18,074 nt of DNA from a virus (IMGVR_UViG_2648501797_000004), one strand, 5' to 3'. Shown: positions 1 through 7,871, counted from the first letter of the stretch. Made by a program: numbers and translations. Notes: generated by a model not told the origin, from the letters alone.

Positions 1-19
1 CTATTTGATAAATATTAAA

Positions 20-1300
20 TTAATTTTTCATTGCTTCGTTATGGGGCATGGTTGGGGCAAACTCGCTTAACTGTGTATTTAACAAAGCTACCTGTGCATT
101 ATTGTTTTCAGACATCCATTTTCCGTATACCTGAAATACCATTTGCGCATCTGCATGGCCCATCTGGTTTGCTATAAATGCCGGGTTAGCACCAGCTGTC
201 AGCGACCAGCAGGCATAAGTATGTCTCGACTGATATGATTTTCGATGGCGGAGTCCGGCACGTTTTATCGCTGCGTCCCACATCTGCCTTATTGAGTCAA
301 CGGTAAAATGGTCACCATAATTTTTTACTCTCGCTGACACTTCAGGTTGAAAAACAAAGGTGCATTTTTGTTTTTCTGTTCTGCCATACTCTCTGAGGTG
401 AACATCAATGATATGCTCTTTGCTCAGTCTCGTTAATGTCATCTGACTCCGGAGAGCGTCGATTGCTGGCTTAATAAGATGAATGACCCGATTGGTTCCC
501 GCCTGTGTTTTTGGTACCGTGAAACGGTCTTTTGCTAAATTTCTCCTGATCATCATTGTTCCATTTTTCAGATCTATGTCCTCCCATCCAAGTGCACACA
601 GCTCACCAGGGCGAACGCCAGTATAAACAGAAACACACCATAAATTTTTTGCTTGCTGATTTCTGCACGCATCGATAAGACGGATAAATTCCTCCCGCGA
701 AAGAGGATCCGGAATGGTTCTTGATTCCTTTAATGGCGAGATCCCCTTAAACGGATTATCTGCCAGGTAACCGTTATCAACACCAAACTGGAACACGGCG
801 TTAAGATTTGTCATGTAATTATTTACAGTTACAGCCGATCTCCCTGGTTGTGTAACAATATAGTTACTTTTGGGGATCTGGTATCCAGTCAGTAGCTCTT
901 TACGAACCTCCAGTAATTTTTCTTTATTAATCGATGAGGCAAGATTTTTTTCACCGATTATGCTCAGGATATTTTTGATGACGGCACGGTATGTGTTGAG
1001 TGATGTTTTGGCGACTTCAGTTTCTTTCAGTGCCAGAAATTTTTCAGCCAGTTCTTTTATGGTTAAATCTTGTCGGGCCTCACCAAATTTTTCCAGATTG
1101 CGTGAGGAGGGAAACTGTTTTGCATAGTCGAAAACACCAGTTTTTATTGCGTAACAAACAGAGGAGCGTAGTTCACCTGCAACGCGCCTGTTTTTTGCTG
1201 TGTCAGGAACCCCCAGATTTTCCCTGACTCTTACGCCTTTATAAACAAACCAGATACGTAATTTCCCTCCATGGTTTTCCACGCCTGTCGGATATTTCAT
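20..1300 (-). CDS. Tyrosine recombinase / phage integrase (lambda Int-like); ORF is open to 1315 but the ATG at 1300 (MKYPTGV...) has the better SD
   Basis: 431-aa ORF with a C-terminal catalytic region of tyrosine-recombinase type (TGVRPGEL, SRHTYACW, VFQVYGKW matching the R, H-x-x-R and Y positions) and an N-terminal arm-type domain; sits next to an excisionase-like gene. Confidence 0.85.
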   Translation of the reverse strand: MKYPTGVENHGGKLRIWFVYKGVRVRENLGVPDTAKNRRVAGELRSSVCYAIKTGVFDYAKQFPSSRNLEKFGEARQDLTIKELAEKFLALKETEVAKTSLNTYRAVIKNILSIIGEKNLASSINKEKLLEVRKELLTGYQIPKSNYIVTQPGRSAVTVNNYMTNLNAVFQFGVDNGYLADNPFKGISPLKESRTIPDPLSREEFIRLIDACRNQQAKNLWCVSVYTGVRPGELCALGWEDIDLKNGTMMIRRNLAKDRFTVPKTQAGTNRVIHLIKPAIDALRSQMTLTRLSKEHIIDVHLREYGRTEKQKCTFVFQPEVSARVKNYGDHFTVDSIRQMWDAAIKRAGLRHRKSYQSRHTYACWSLTAGANPAFIANQMGHADAQMVFQVYGKWMSENNNAQVALLNTQLSEFAPTMPHNEAMKN

Positions 1301-1334
1301 TTCAACTTCTCTCATTAGTTAGTGTGGCTTTTAG

Positions 1335-1586
1335 TCAAGTAAGATGACGTCTTGGTCTCGCTGATGCCTGGCGCTCAATCCAGCGATCAATTTCTTCCAG
1401 GTTGTAAAAGCATGGACTGTTATCCCATGGCATACCGTCATGAGCGACATGCTTATATTCCCTTCCTTCCATAAACGATTTTTCCCGGGCCTTTTTTAAC
1501 GTACCTTTTTTTATTCCTTTCAGCGCAATTAACTGCTCTTCGGATACCCATTTGCCGGGAGAGACAATCATGATTACTTCGCTCAT
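1335..1586 (-). CDS. Excisionase-like small DNA-binding protein (Xis)
   Basis: 83-aa ORF immediately upstream of int on the same strand; basic; contains a GREY motif like the lambda Xis DGREYLF region. Start codon uncertain (MSEV at 1586 or MIV at 1571). Confidence 0.55.
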   Translation of the reverse strand: MSEVIMIVSPGKWVSEEQLIALKGIKKGTLKKAREKSFMEGREYKHVAHDGMPWDNSPCFYNLEEIDRWIERQASARPRRHLT

Positions 1587-1658
1587 CGATTTCTTTATCT
1601 CTTACATCAGACGAGCGCCGGTTGCAGAATACCAGTCACAACCGGCGACAGTTGAACA

Positions 1659-4130
1659 TTAAGAATCAGCCTGACTCGGGATCAGTTTTTGCCAGATAAC
1701 TGAAACGTATTTTGCCTGGTAACGGGCGTCATCAAGTGCATTATGGCGCTCACCTTCGAATGGAATAGCCGTTCTGGCATCGAAGTCTATGGCTTTCCCC
1801 AGCTCAACGATTGTGCGTACATCGCGATCGTTGTAGTAACGCCACGGGCAGGGGATCCCCTGCCGTTCGTATGAACGGCGCAAAATCGTGTTGTCGAAGT
1901 TGGCTCCATTTCCCCAAACCTGAACAAAAAATTCACCGGAGTTTTCGTCGATAAATTCCCGCAATTGTAACAGTGCATCATCTAACGGGATTTCATCGGT
2001 CATAATGGCAGATTGCGCTTCGCGTGATTGCTTAAGCCACCATTTAATGGTGTCCCGATCAATGACTCCGCCAGCAGTTTCCAGATCGATAGTCTTACTA
2101 AATTCCGGTCCCATATCTCCGGTTTGCGGATCGAAAAATATTGCACCTATTGAGATGATCGGGGCATCAGGATTTTTTCCCATGGTTTCAAGGTCGATCA
2201 TTAGATGGTCACACGTCCTGCTGGTGGATGTGATTTCGTGATGACCGTTCACCTTAATTGGGTGATCTGCCGTCTCGCCAGTTTCATTATCGCTATTGTG
2301 ATGCTGATTGCCGCCAGTGTTCTCCTTGTGTGGATGTTCAGCGCCTTCCATTTCCTCCGGATCATCTTCCTGAACTTCAACCTGATACTCTTCATCGAAT
2401 GTTTCTTGGTATGTTGCGTCGCCCATCACCGCGCCACAATCAGGGCAGTTGCCGCCGCCGGTCTGACCGCAGGCGGTGCAGGCTTTTTCCACTTCCTGTT
2501 GCGCCACTGGTTCAGGCTGTTTCGTTTCTGGCTCGTTTTGTAACGCATTTGGACTGTTTTGTTCCGCTTTTTGGTAGTTCCGTTCCGATTCATGCTGGTT
2601 CTGGTTCACAGAATCGCGGGTCTGGATCCCCTTAACCCATTTCGGATCATTCGGGTCACTAATCCCTTCAACAAATTCACCACGTGATGCAGCAAGCAAC
2701 TTATCGGCGTCAGGCTGGCTGATATTGGCTGCCTGCATAATTTTGTTTACTTCGTCAGCGGTAACTTTTATCGGCTCTGGTTGTTCTGAATCTTCAGCGG
2801 TATCTACATTTTGCGGTAAGCCCGTGTATGTGCCATTTTTTCGGGCAAAATATTCTTCTTTTGTGATTTCAGTGGCGCCAGCAGCCAGTGCCTTATCCAG
2901 ACCAGAAAGTTTGTTTGCGCGACCGTATTTTTCTCCGTCCTTATCTGCGAAGAGGAAATAGAACGGCCCCTCACGCTCTACAGATGGTTCAGCTTCCGGC
3001 GCGGTTTCATTTTTTGGGATATCAGATACCTCAGTTTCCACTGCATCAGTTTGTGTTTCTGATGACTGGAGAACATCAACAGTGCCCAGGTCTGTTTCTT
3101 CATTCTCAAACACGCCCTTTGTCGTCAGGTATTCGCAGATATATTTGTTCAGTGCTACGGGATCTTTGTGAATGTCGATCGGACGCTCACGGACAAGGCC
3201 AAAAATAGTTTGGCGGTCGTAGCGAAGGGCATCAGGCTGTTTGCGCATTGATGCCGAGATACGCTTCCAGTCTTCGCGGTCGTTGTCGATAACTTCTTTT
3301 TTTGCCCAGCGATGGATGCTGCCGTCAATGTTTCCGGCATCCACATCACCAGGCCAGAGAGCGTAGGCCAGTTCGTCATCCAGTGTTTTCCATGTCTGCT
3401 TGTATTCGCGATGAATGGCAGCAATGACCGGGCTGATTTTTCCTGTTGAATTTTCAGTGTACTGTTGATTGGCTCTGGCGCGGGCGAGATCAACAACAGA
3501 CGTGTATTTTCCGGTTTCCTTGCGTTCACCTTCGCGACGTTTTTTCCAGATGCGCATCTCTGCCTGAATTTCGGGCCATTTAGCACCAGGAATACATTTA
3601 TGCTTAACCCACCCAATGGCGTGCAACTTAAGCTCCGGATACATGGCGTTAACTTCTGGCATTTTCATCAACGCTTCAACGATATGTCCGTCGAATGTTG
3701 CCATGTCTTCCTGCAACAATTCCTGTGCGCTAATAACCATATCAACGGTGATGTTTTCACATGTGTCGAACTTAACCATGACAGCGTTCTGTACTTCAGG
3801 GGCCAGCTTGTCAAAAGTGACGTTCATCGGATCGGATTCAGTCTCAACCGGGACAAAAGAAGCAGACTCCTCATCCCAGCGGTTTTCCTGCATATATTCA
3901 GCATCCCATGAATCGAGGGCAGGGCGGGGTATGCCAGGTTTATCCTCGCAGACAATAAATTTATAAGCGCAGTCCTGAGCAGCCGGATAATGTTCCAGGA
4001 ACTGCCAGTGAAATTTTGCTCGAGCACGGCGTTCGTCGCCAGCTTCAATGGCTGTGGCTACAGCCACAGCGCCTTCTTCCCTTGTTGCCAGTTCGTCAGG
4101 AATAGCGGCGCAAATAAAGACTTTACTCAT
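1659..4130 (-). CDS. Large modular accessory protein with C-terminal DnaQ-like DEDDh 3'-5' exonuclease domain (domain about nt 1662..2216); N-terminal ~300 aa of unknown function, acidic low-complexity linker, CxxC...CxxC zinc ribbon
   Basis: 823-aa ORF with an SD (GAGG) before the ATG at 4130. The C-terminal ~185 aa carry Exo I (MIDLETMG), Exo II (WGNGANFD) and Exo III (H-NALD-D) motifs. A CTACGQTGGGNCPDCG zinc-ribbon motif lies mid-protein, followed by a long D/E/Q-rich region. Confidence 0.75.
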   Translation of the reverse strand: MSKVFICAAIPDELATREEGAVAVATAIEAGDERRARAKFHWQFLEHYPAAQDCAYKFIVCEDKPGIPRPALDSWDAEYMQENRWDEESASFVPVETESDPMNVTFDKLAPEVQNAVMVKFDTCENITVDMVISAQELLQEDMATFDGHIVEALMKMPEVNAMYPELKLHAIGWVKHKCIPGAKWPEIQAEMRIWKKRREGERKETGKYTSVVDLARARANQQYTENSTGKISPVIAAIHREYKQTWKTLDDELAYALWPGDVDAGNIDGSIHRWAKKEVIDNDREDWKRISASMRKQPDALRYDRQTIFGLVRERPIDIHKDPVALNKYICEYLTTKGVFENEETDLGTVDVLQSSETQTDAVETEVSDIPKNETAPEAEPSVEREGPFYFLFADKDGEKYGRANKLSGLDKALAAGATEITKEEYFARKNGTYTGLPQNVDTAEDSEQPEPIKVTADEVNKIMQAANISQPDADKLLAASRGEFVEGISDPNDPKWVKGIQTRDSVNQNQHESERNYQKAEQNSPNALQNEPETKQPEPVAQQEVEKACTACGQTGGGNCPDCGAVMGDATYQETFDEEYQVEVQEDDPEEMEGAEHPHKENTGGNQHHNSDNETGETADHPIKVNGHHEITSTSRTCDHLMIDLETMGKNPDAPIISIGAIFFDPQTGDMGPEFSKTIDLETAGGVIDRDTIKWWLKQSREAQSAIMTDEIPLDDALLQLREFIDENSGEFFVQVWGNGANFDNTILRRSYERQGIPCPWRYYNDRDVRTIVELGKAIDFDARTAIPFEGERHNALDDARYQAKYVSVIWQKLIPSQADS

Positions 4131-4223
4131 TTTGTTTTAACCTCATGACAGATTTAAGGATGAACAAATCCCTGCCATTGCTGGCATATAAGAATGAAAC
4201 CGGATATTTATTACGGAACTGTT

Positions 4224-4415
4224 TTAAAGACCTGCCGGGATTTCGATATTATCCTGGTGAATAACTTTATCGACCGGGTAACAGTTACCGGGAATTTTCT
4301 GTTCGGTTGCTGCAGTCATACACTCCTGCATTGTCCTGTGAACACTGACTGCAATATCAACTGGCACTCCGGAAACAAGAAAAACTGTCAGAACAAGCGC
4401 AAATGCTGAATTCAT
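4224..4415 (-). CDS. Small hypothetical membrane/secreted protein (63 aa) with hydrophobic N-terminus
   Basis: ATG with AGGA SD; start overlaps the stop of the upstream small ORF in an ATGA arrangement (translational coupling). N-terminal stretch AFALVLTVFLVSGVPVDIAVSV is signal-peptide or TM-like. An alternative plus-strand ORF, 4194..4409, overlaps it. Confidence 0.4.
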   Translation of the reverse strand: MNSAFALVLTVFLVSGVPVDIAVSVHRTMQECMTAATEQKIPGNCYPVDKVIHQDNIEIPAGL

Positions 4416-4600
4416 TGTGCACATCCTTTTGGCATCAGACGTAAACGAGCCAGCATTGAAACAATGCATATTTTATTTAATAGCTCCCGTTCTTGTTTTC
4501 TCTTGTTAATGGCATCTTCAGTAAATACAGGGTTACTGATAGTGACACCAATTTCAAAACAACCTTCAGACGTATTAACGTTTGGTAATAACGTTTTCAT
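4412..4600 (-). CDS. Small hypothetical protein (62 aa), first gene of a coupled pair
   Basis: ATG at complement of 4598-4600 preceded by a GAGGA SD; its stop overlaps the start of the next ORF (ATGA). No recognisable family. Confidence 0.4.
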   Translation of the reverse strand: MKTLLPNVNTSEGCFEIGVTISNPVFTEDAINKRKQERELLNKICIVSMLARLRLMPKGCAQ

Positions 4601-4652
4601 TATCGCGTCCTCAACAATGAATTTTGTGATGCAGTGCCTGGTGCCTCCAGGT

Positions 4653-4679
4653 GACGTTAACCAGTTAACAATTAACGTC
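4653..4679. promoter_or_regulatory. Perfect 8-bp inverted repeat GACGTTAA-N11-TTAACGTC (operator-like) in the divergent intergenic region
   Basis: Palindrome read directly from the sequence; it also contains three TTAAC repeats, and sits between the minus-strand small-gene operon and the plus-strand Q-side genes. Confidence 0.3.
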
Positions 4680-4743
4680 GGATACACTACCTGAGGCTGT
4701 ATCGCGTCGTTCGCTGGGATTACCAGCGGAAAAAATCTGCTCG

Positions 4744-5202
4744 GTGTACCGCGAAAGCGACATCGTACCGGGAGAGCAGACCGCCACCAGCATATTGAAA
4801 CAACGCACAAAAAATCTTGCACCGTTGCCTTACGCCCACCAGCAACAAAAATCACCACAGGAAAAGACGGTGGTAAGCATCACCGTTGATCCAGAGTCTC
4901 CGGAATCTTTCATGAAGCTGCCTAAACGTCGCCGCTGGGTTAAGGAGAAATACACACGTTGGGTTAAGACACAGCCGTGTGCTTGCTGCGGTATGCCAGC
5001 CGACGATCCGCATCATCTGATTGGTCACGGGCAGGGCGGAATGGGAACAAAAGCACATGATCTCTTTGTGTTGCCTTTGTGCAGAAAGCATCACAACGAG
5101 CTGCATACGGATACAGTGGCATTTGAAGATAAGTATGGCTCCCAACTGGAGCTGATATTTCGTTTTATCGATCGCGCGCTGGCAATTGGCGTACTGGCGT
5201 AA
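4744..5202 (+). CDS. Cys/His-rich zinc-binding nuclease-like protein (YbcO/DUF1364- or DUF968-like fold); probable functional start at the ATG at 4912 (96 aa); may be the C-terminal remnant of a longer ydfU-like gene
   Basis: Motif C-x-C-C-G...HHLIGHG...GMGTKAHD...C-x-x-HH-x-E-L-H resembles small phage nin-region nucleases; lies directly upstream of Q. The ORF track start at 4744 is a GTG. Confidence 0.5.
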   Translation: MYRESDIVPGEQTATSILKQRTKNLAPLPYAHQQQKSPQEKTVVSITVDPESPESFMKLPKRRRWVKEKYTRWVKTQPCACCGMPADDPHHLIGHGQGGMGTKAHDLFVLPLCRKHHNELHTDTVAFEDKYGSQLELIFRFIDRALAIGVLA

Positions 5203-5215
5203 GTGGAGAACGAGC

Positions 5216-5968
5216 ATGAACCTTGAAGCCTTACCAAAATATTACTCCCCAAAATCTCCAAAATTGAGCGATGACGCTCCAGCGACAGGCACCGGTTGTT
5301 TAACAATTACGGATGTAATGGCAGCGCAGGGGATGGTGCAGTCGAAAGCACCACTTGGGTTGGCCTTATTTCTGGCAAAAGTTGGTGTTCAGGACCCTCA
5401 GTTTGCGATTGAAGGCCTGCTAAATTACGCGATGGCACTGGATAACCCGACATTGAACAAATTGAGTGAAGAAATCCGGTTACAGATTATTCCTTACCTC
5501 GTGAGTTTTGCCTTTGCTGATTACTCCAGGTCTGCGGCAAGTAAGGCTCGCTGTGAGCATTGTTCAGGTACGGGATTTTATAATGTATTGCGCGAAGTGG
5601 TGAAACACTACAGACGCGGGGAATCTGTAATCAAGGAAGAATGGGTGAAGGAACTATGTCAGCATTGCCATGGTAAGGGCGAAGCCAGCACAGCGTGCAG
5701 AGGGTGTAAGGGTAAAGGGATTGTTCTGGATGAAAAAAGAACCCGGTTTCATGGCGTACCGGTATATAAGATTTGTGGGCGTTGTAATGGAAACCGGTTT
5801 AGTCGTTTACCGACCACGCTGGCACGACGTCATGTCCAGAAGCTGGTACCAGACCTGACCGATTATCAGTGGTATAAGGGGTATGCGGACGTCATTGGTA
5901 AACTGGTAACAAAGTGCTGGCAGGAAGAAGCATACGCGGAAGCGCAATTGAGGAAGGTGACGAGATAA
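5216..5968 (+). CDS. quuQ: Late-gene antitermination protein Q (phage 21/82-type)
   Basis: 250-aa product from an ATG with a GGAGAA SD; Cys-rich zinc-finger region (CEHCSGTG...CQHCHGKG...CRGCKGKG); position immediately upstream of a strong promoter plus terminator and the lysis genes. Confidence 0.8.
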   Translation: MNLEALPKYYSPKSPKLSDDAPATGTGCLTITDVMAAQGMVQSKAPLGLALFLAKVGVQDPQFAIEGLLNYAMALDNPTLNKLSEEIRLQIIPYLVSFAFADYSRSAASKARCEHCSGTGFYNVLREVVKHYRRGESVIKEEWVKELCQHCHGKGEASTACRGCKGKGIVLDEKRTRFHGVPVYKICGRCNGNRFSRLPTTLARRHVQKLVPDLTDYQWYKGYADVIGKLVTKCWQEEAYAEAQLRKVTR

Positions 5969-5999
5969 ATGATTTTTGCTGAAGATGGCGACATGATGT

Positions 6000-6028
6000 T
6001 TGCATTTTTCAAAAAATATGGATAAAAT
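6000..6028 (+). promoter_or_regulatory. Near-consensus sigma70 promoter, candidate late promoter PR' (-35 TTGCAT 6000..6005, 17-bp spacer, -10 TAAAAT 6023..6028)
   Basis: Hexamers and spacing read directly; located about 30 bp downstream of the Q stop and about 45 bp upstream of an intrinsic terminator, as expected for a Q-modified late promoter. Confidence 0.55.
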
Positions 6029-6073
6029 TTTTTCAACGATGGGCTTTGTATACCCGACGTTAAGAAAAAGTAG

Positions 6074-6105
6074 AAAACCCGCTGATGAGCGGGTTTTGTG
6101 CTTTA
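6074..6105 (+). terminator. Intrinsic terminator (tR'-like); also usable on the minus strand
   Basis: 9-bp stem AAAACCCGC / GCGGGTTTT with loop TGATGA, followed by a T-rich tract on the plus strand; the minus strand also has a U-rich tract after the hairpin. Confidence 0.6.
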
Positions 6106-6389
6106 AATGGGGCAATGGTAATGTTGAATCTCATCCCGGGACTCATGTCTGTTAACTTATTATTTAGCTGGTGACTTGGTTATTTGCCTGATGTTTAAAA
6201 TGTTTTCTTCCAGTACAATGTCCCTAAACACAATGAGTCTGCTTATTATATTATTAGCAGAGCTATTACGGCCAAAGTACAGCATAAGCTTTTAAAGCCA
6301 ATCAACCAGTCATCAAGACAGACGGGGTTATTCATAAAAACTCTCCATGTGTGATCCGATGGGGCCTGAAATTAAAGCTTTAATATAGC

Positions 6390-6602
6390 TCATGAAAGGT
6401 AAACATTGGCAGCTGAAGGGCCACGCAGACCATTTATCCGGCAAAATTCCACGCGTAATCCGGTGGTAATTTCTTCTGCATCGCGGAGATTGAGCGCTGA
6501 AACATGAAGCTGGACATCGATACGACCATCGGATGGGGTGATAAGACCCTTGCCGCTTTTGCCGTCAAAGGTTTTGACAATTCCTGTCATTTTACGGGAC
6601 AA
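6390..6602 (-). CDS. cspF: Cold-shock-domain protein, CspF/CspH subfamily
   Basis: 70-aa CspA-family ORF ([12 protein letters not shown]...[10 protein letters not shown]); apparent TTG start with an AAGGAA SD; Qin-like context next to cspB and Q. Confidence 0.8.
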
Positions 6603-6902
6603 AAAAATTCCTTAATACTGATAACTTGGCGCACTATACACACGTTCCTGAAGAAAGCTATAGTTTTTTGATGGGGTTGAAGACGGCTGGATGTCTAAAA
6701 TAAACATTGCTTCATATGTTCAACTATGCGTTAATGATTGCGTCGGTTTGAAGAACAGACGATATACGAAGTAGTTTACTAAAGCAGTTCTCATTTCAGG
6801 TGTTATTCACTTATTCCTTCTTTGAGTCTCTCCAATTAAGTACGAAGTCGTTTCTGTTATGCAAACCATTTATGCCGAAAGGCTCAAGTTAAGGAATGTA
6901 GA

Positions 6903-7118
6903 ATGTCAAATAAAATGACTGGTTTAGTAAAATGGTTTAACGCTGATAAAGGTTTCGGCTTTATTTCTCCTGTTGATGGTAGTAAAGATGTGTTTGTGCA
7001 TTTTTCTGCGATTCAGAATGATAATTATCGAACCTTATTTGAAGGTCAAAAGGTTACCTTCTCTATAGAGAGTGGTGCTAAAGGTCCTGCAGCAGCAAAT
7101 GTCATCATTACTGATTAA
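6903..7118 (+). CDS. cspB: Cold-shock protein CspB
   Basis: 71-aa CspA-family ORF with RNP1/RNP2-like motifs (KGFGFI, VFVHF); long AT-rich leader upstream. Confidence 0.85.
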   Translation: MSNKMTGLVKWFNADKGFGFISPVDGSKDVFVHFSAIQNDNYRTLFEGQKVTFSIESGAKGPAAANVIITD

Positions 7119-7399
7119 AATTCATCGCTCGTCTGTATACGATAACGAAGAAGGCTGATGCCTGAGTAGAGATACGGACAGAGTAGTGAATATTGGATCT
7201 CTTTAATAAAAAGTAAGGAGGTCCAATACATGAAACAATGGCTAGCATATTTGGCAAAATCTTAATCAGGAAAAGTATGCTAACCATTGTGGTGAAGTGC
7301 AGGTTTGCTGCATGAATAGTTTTACAGCAGAAGCTAACTGCTGGCATGGCAAAACAAAGTGCGTAAGTGGATGACTCCCACAAAAAGCACCACAATCTC

Positions 7400-7426
7400 A
7401 AACCCGCTCAGGCGGGTTTTTTATTA
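7400..7426 (+). terminator. Intrinsic terminator about 290 nt downstream of cspB
   Basis: 8-bp stem AAACCCGC / GCGGGTTT with loop TCAG followed by TTTTATTAT; the stem sequence is nearly identical to the terminator at 6074..6105. Confidence 0.6.
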
Positions 7427-7481
7427 TCTGCTTTAAATATATTATTAAAATATAAAAAATACTTGTTACTAATAAAATCAA

Positions 7482-7652
7482 TCAGGCTACAGCTTTAAGA
7501 TTTGTCTGGAATACTTTGTTGCAATGAGGGCAGATCAAAAGGGCACCTTTTTGTACTCTTGAAAAACTGTGTTCTGACTCTTGGGTGCAGTTTGGGCAGG
7601 AACATTTAACGAGATAATTACGGCGTGATTTTGAGTTTTTACGTTCTGACAT
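7482..7652 (-). CDS. ynfU: Small zinc-ribbon protein (56 aa; CPNC...CPHC), YnfU-like
   Basis: ATG preceded by an AGGAAAA SD; two CxxC pairs; basic N-terminus. The gene symbol is tentative, from recall of Qin small proteins. Confidence 0.5.
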   Translation of the reverse strand: MSERKNSKSRRNYLVKCSCPNCTQESEHSFSRVQKGALLICPHCNKVFQTNLKAVA

Positions 7653-7871
7653 AGGCTTTTCCTGTATAAATGGCCGTATACAGTACACTAAATATGAAAA
7701 CATTTCTCGTATTATTATTTTATATATGACTTTCTTTCAAAATAATTACCCACATTTTTAATGTGTATGTTTTTTTAGCGCCGTTGAGAACAACGTGTGC
7801 TGTCAAAACTACCCCGTAGACTCCGATCTTTTCAAACATATTGCACCATCCGTGTACATCGGGGTGAGGAT

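Noticed and set aside
2205-2635. Plus-strand ORFs of 112 and 125 aa
   Set aside because: Antisense to the 823-aa exonuclease-domain gene, in the GC-rich, repetitive acidic-linker coding region; likely frame artefacts.
4194-4409. 71-aa Cys-rich plus-strand ORF
   Set aside because: Overlaps the minus-strand small ORF, which has the better SD, translational coupling and a membrane-like N-terminus; kept only as an alternative because the strand is not proven.
7108-7401. 97-aa minus-strand ORF downstream of cspB
   Set aside because: Runs across the terminator and the consensus-SD micro-ORF region; no SD; composition typical of AT-rich non-coding DNA.
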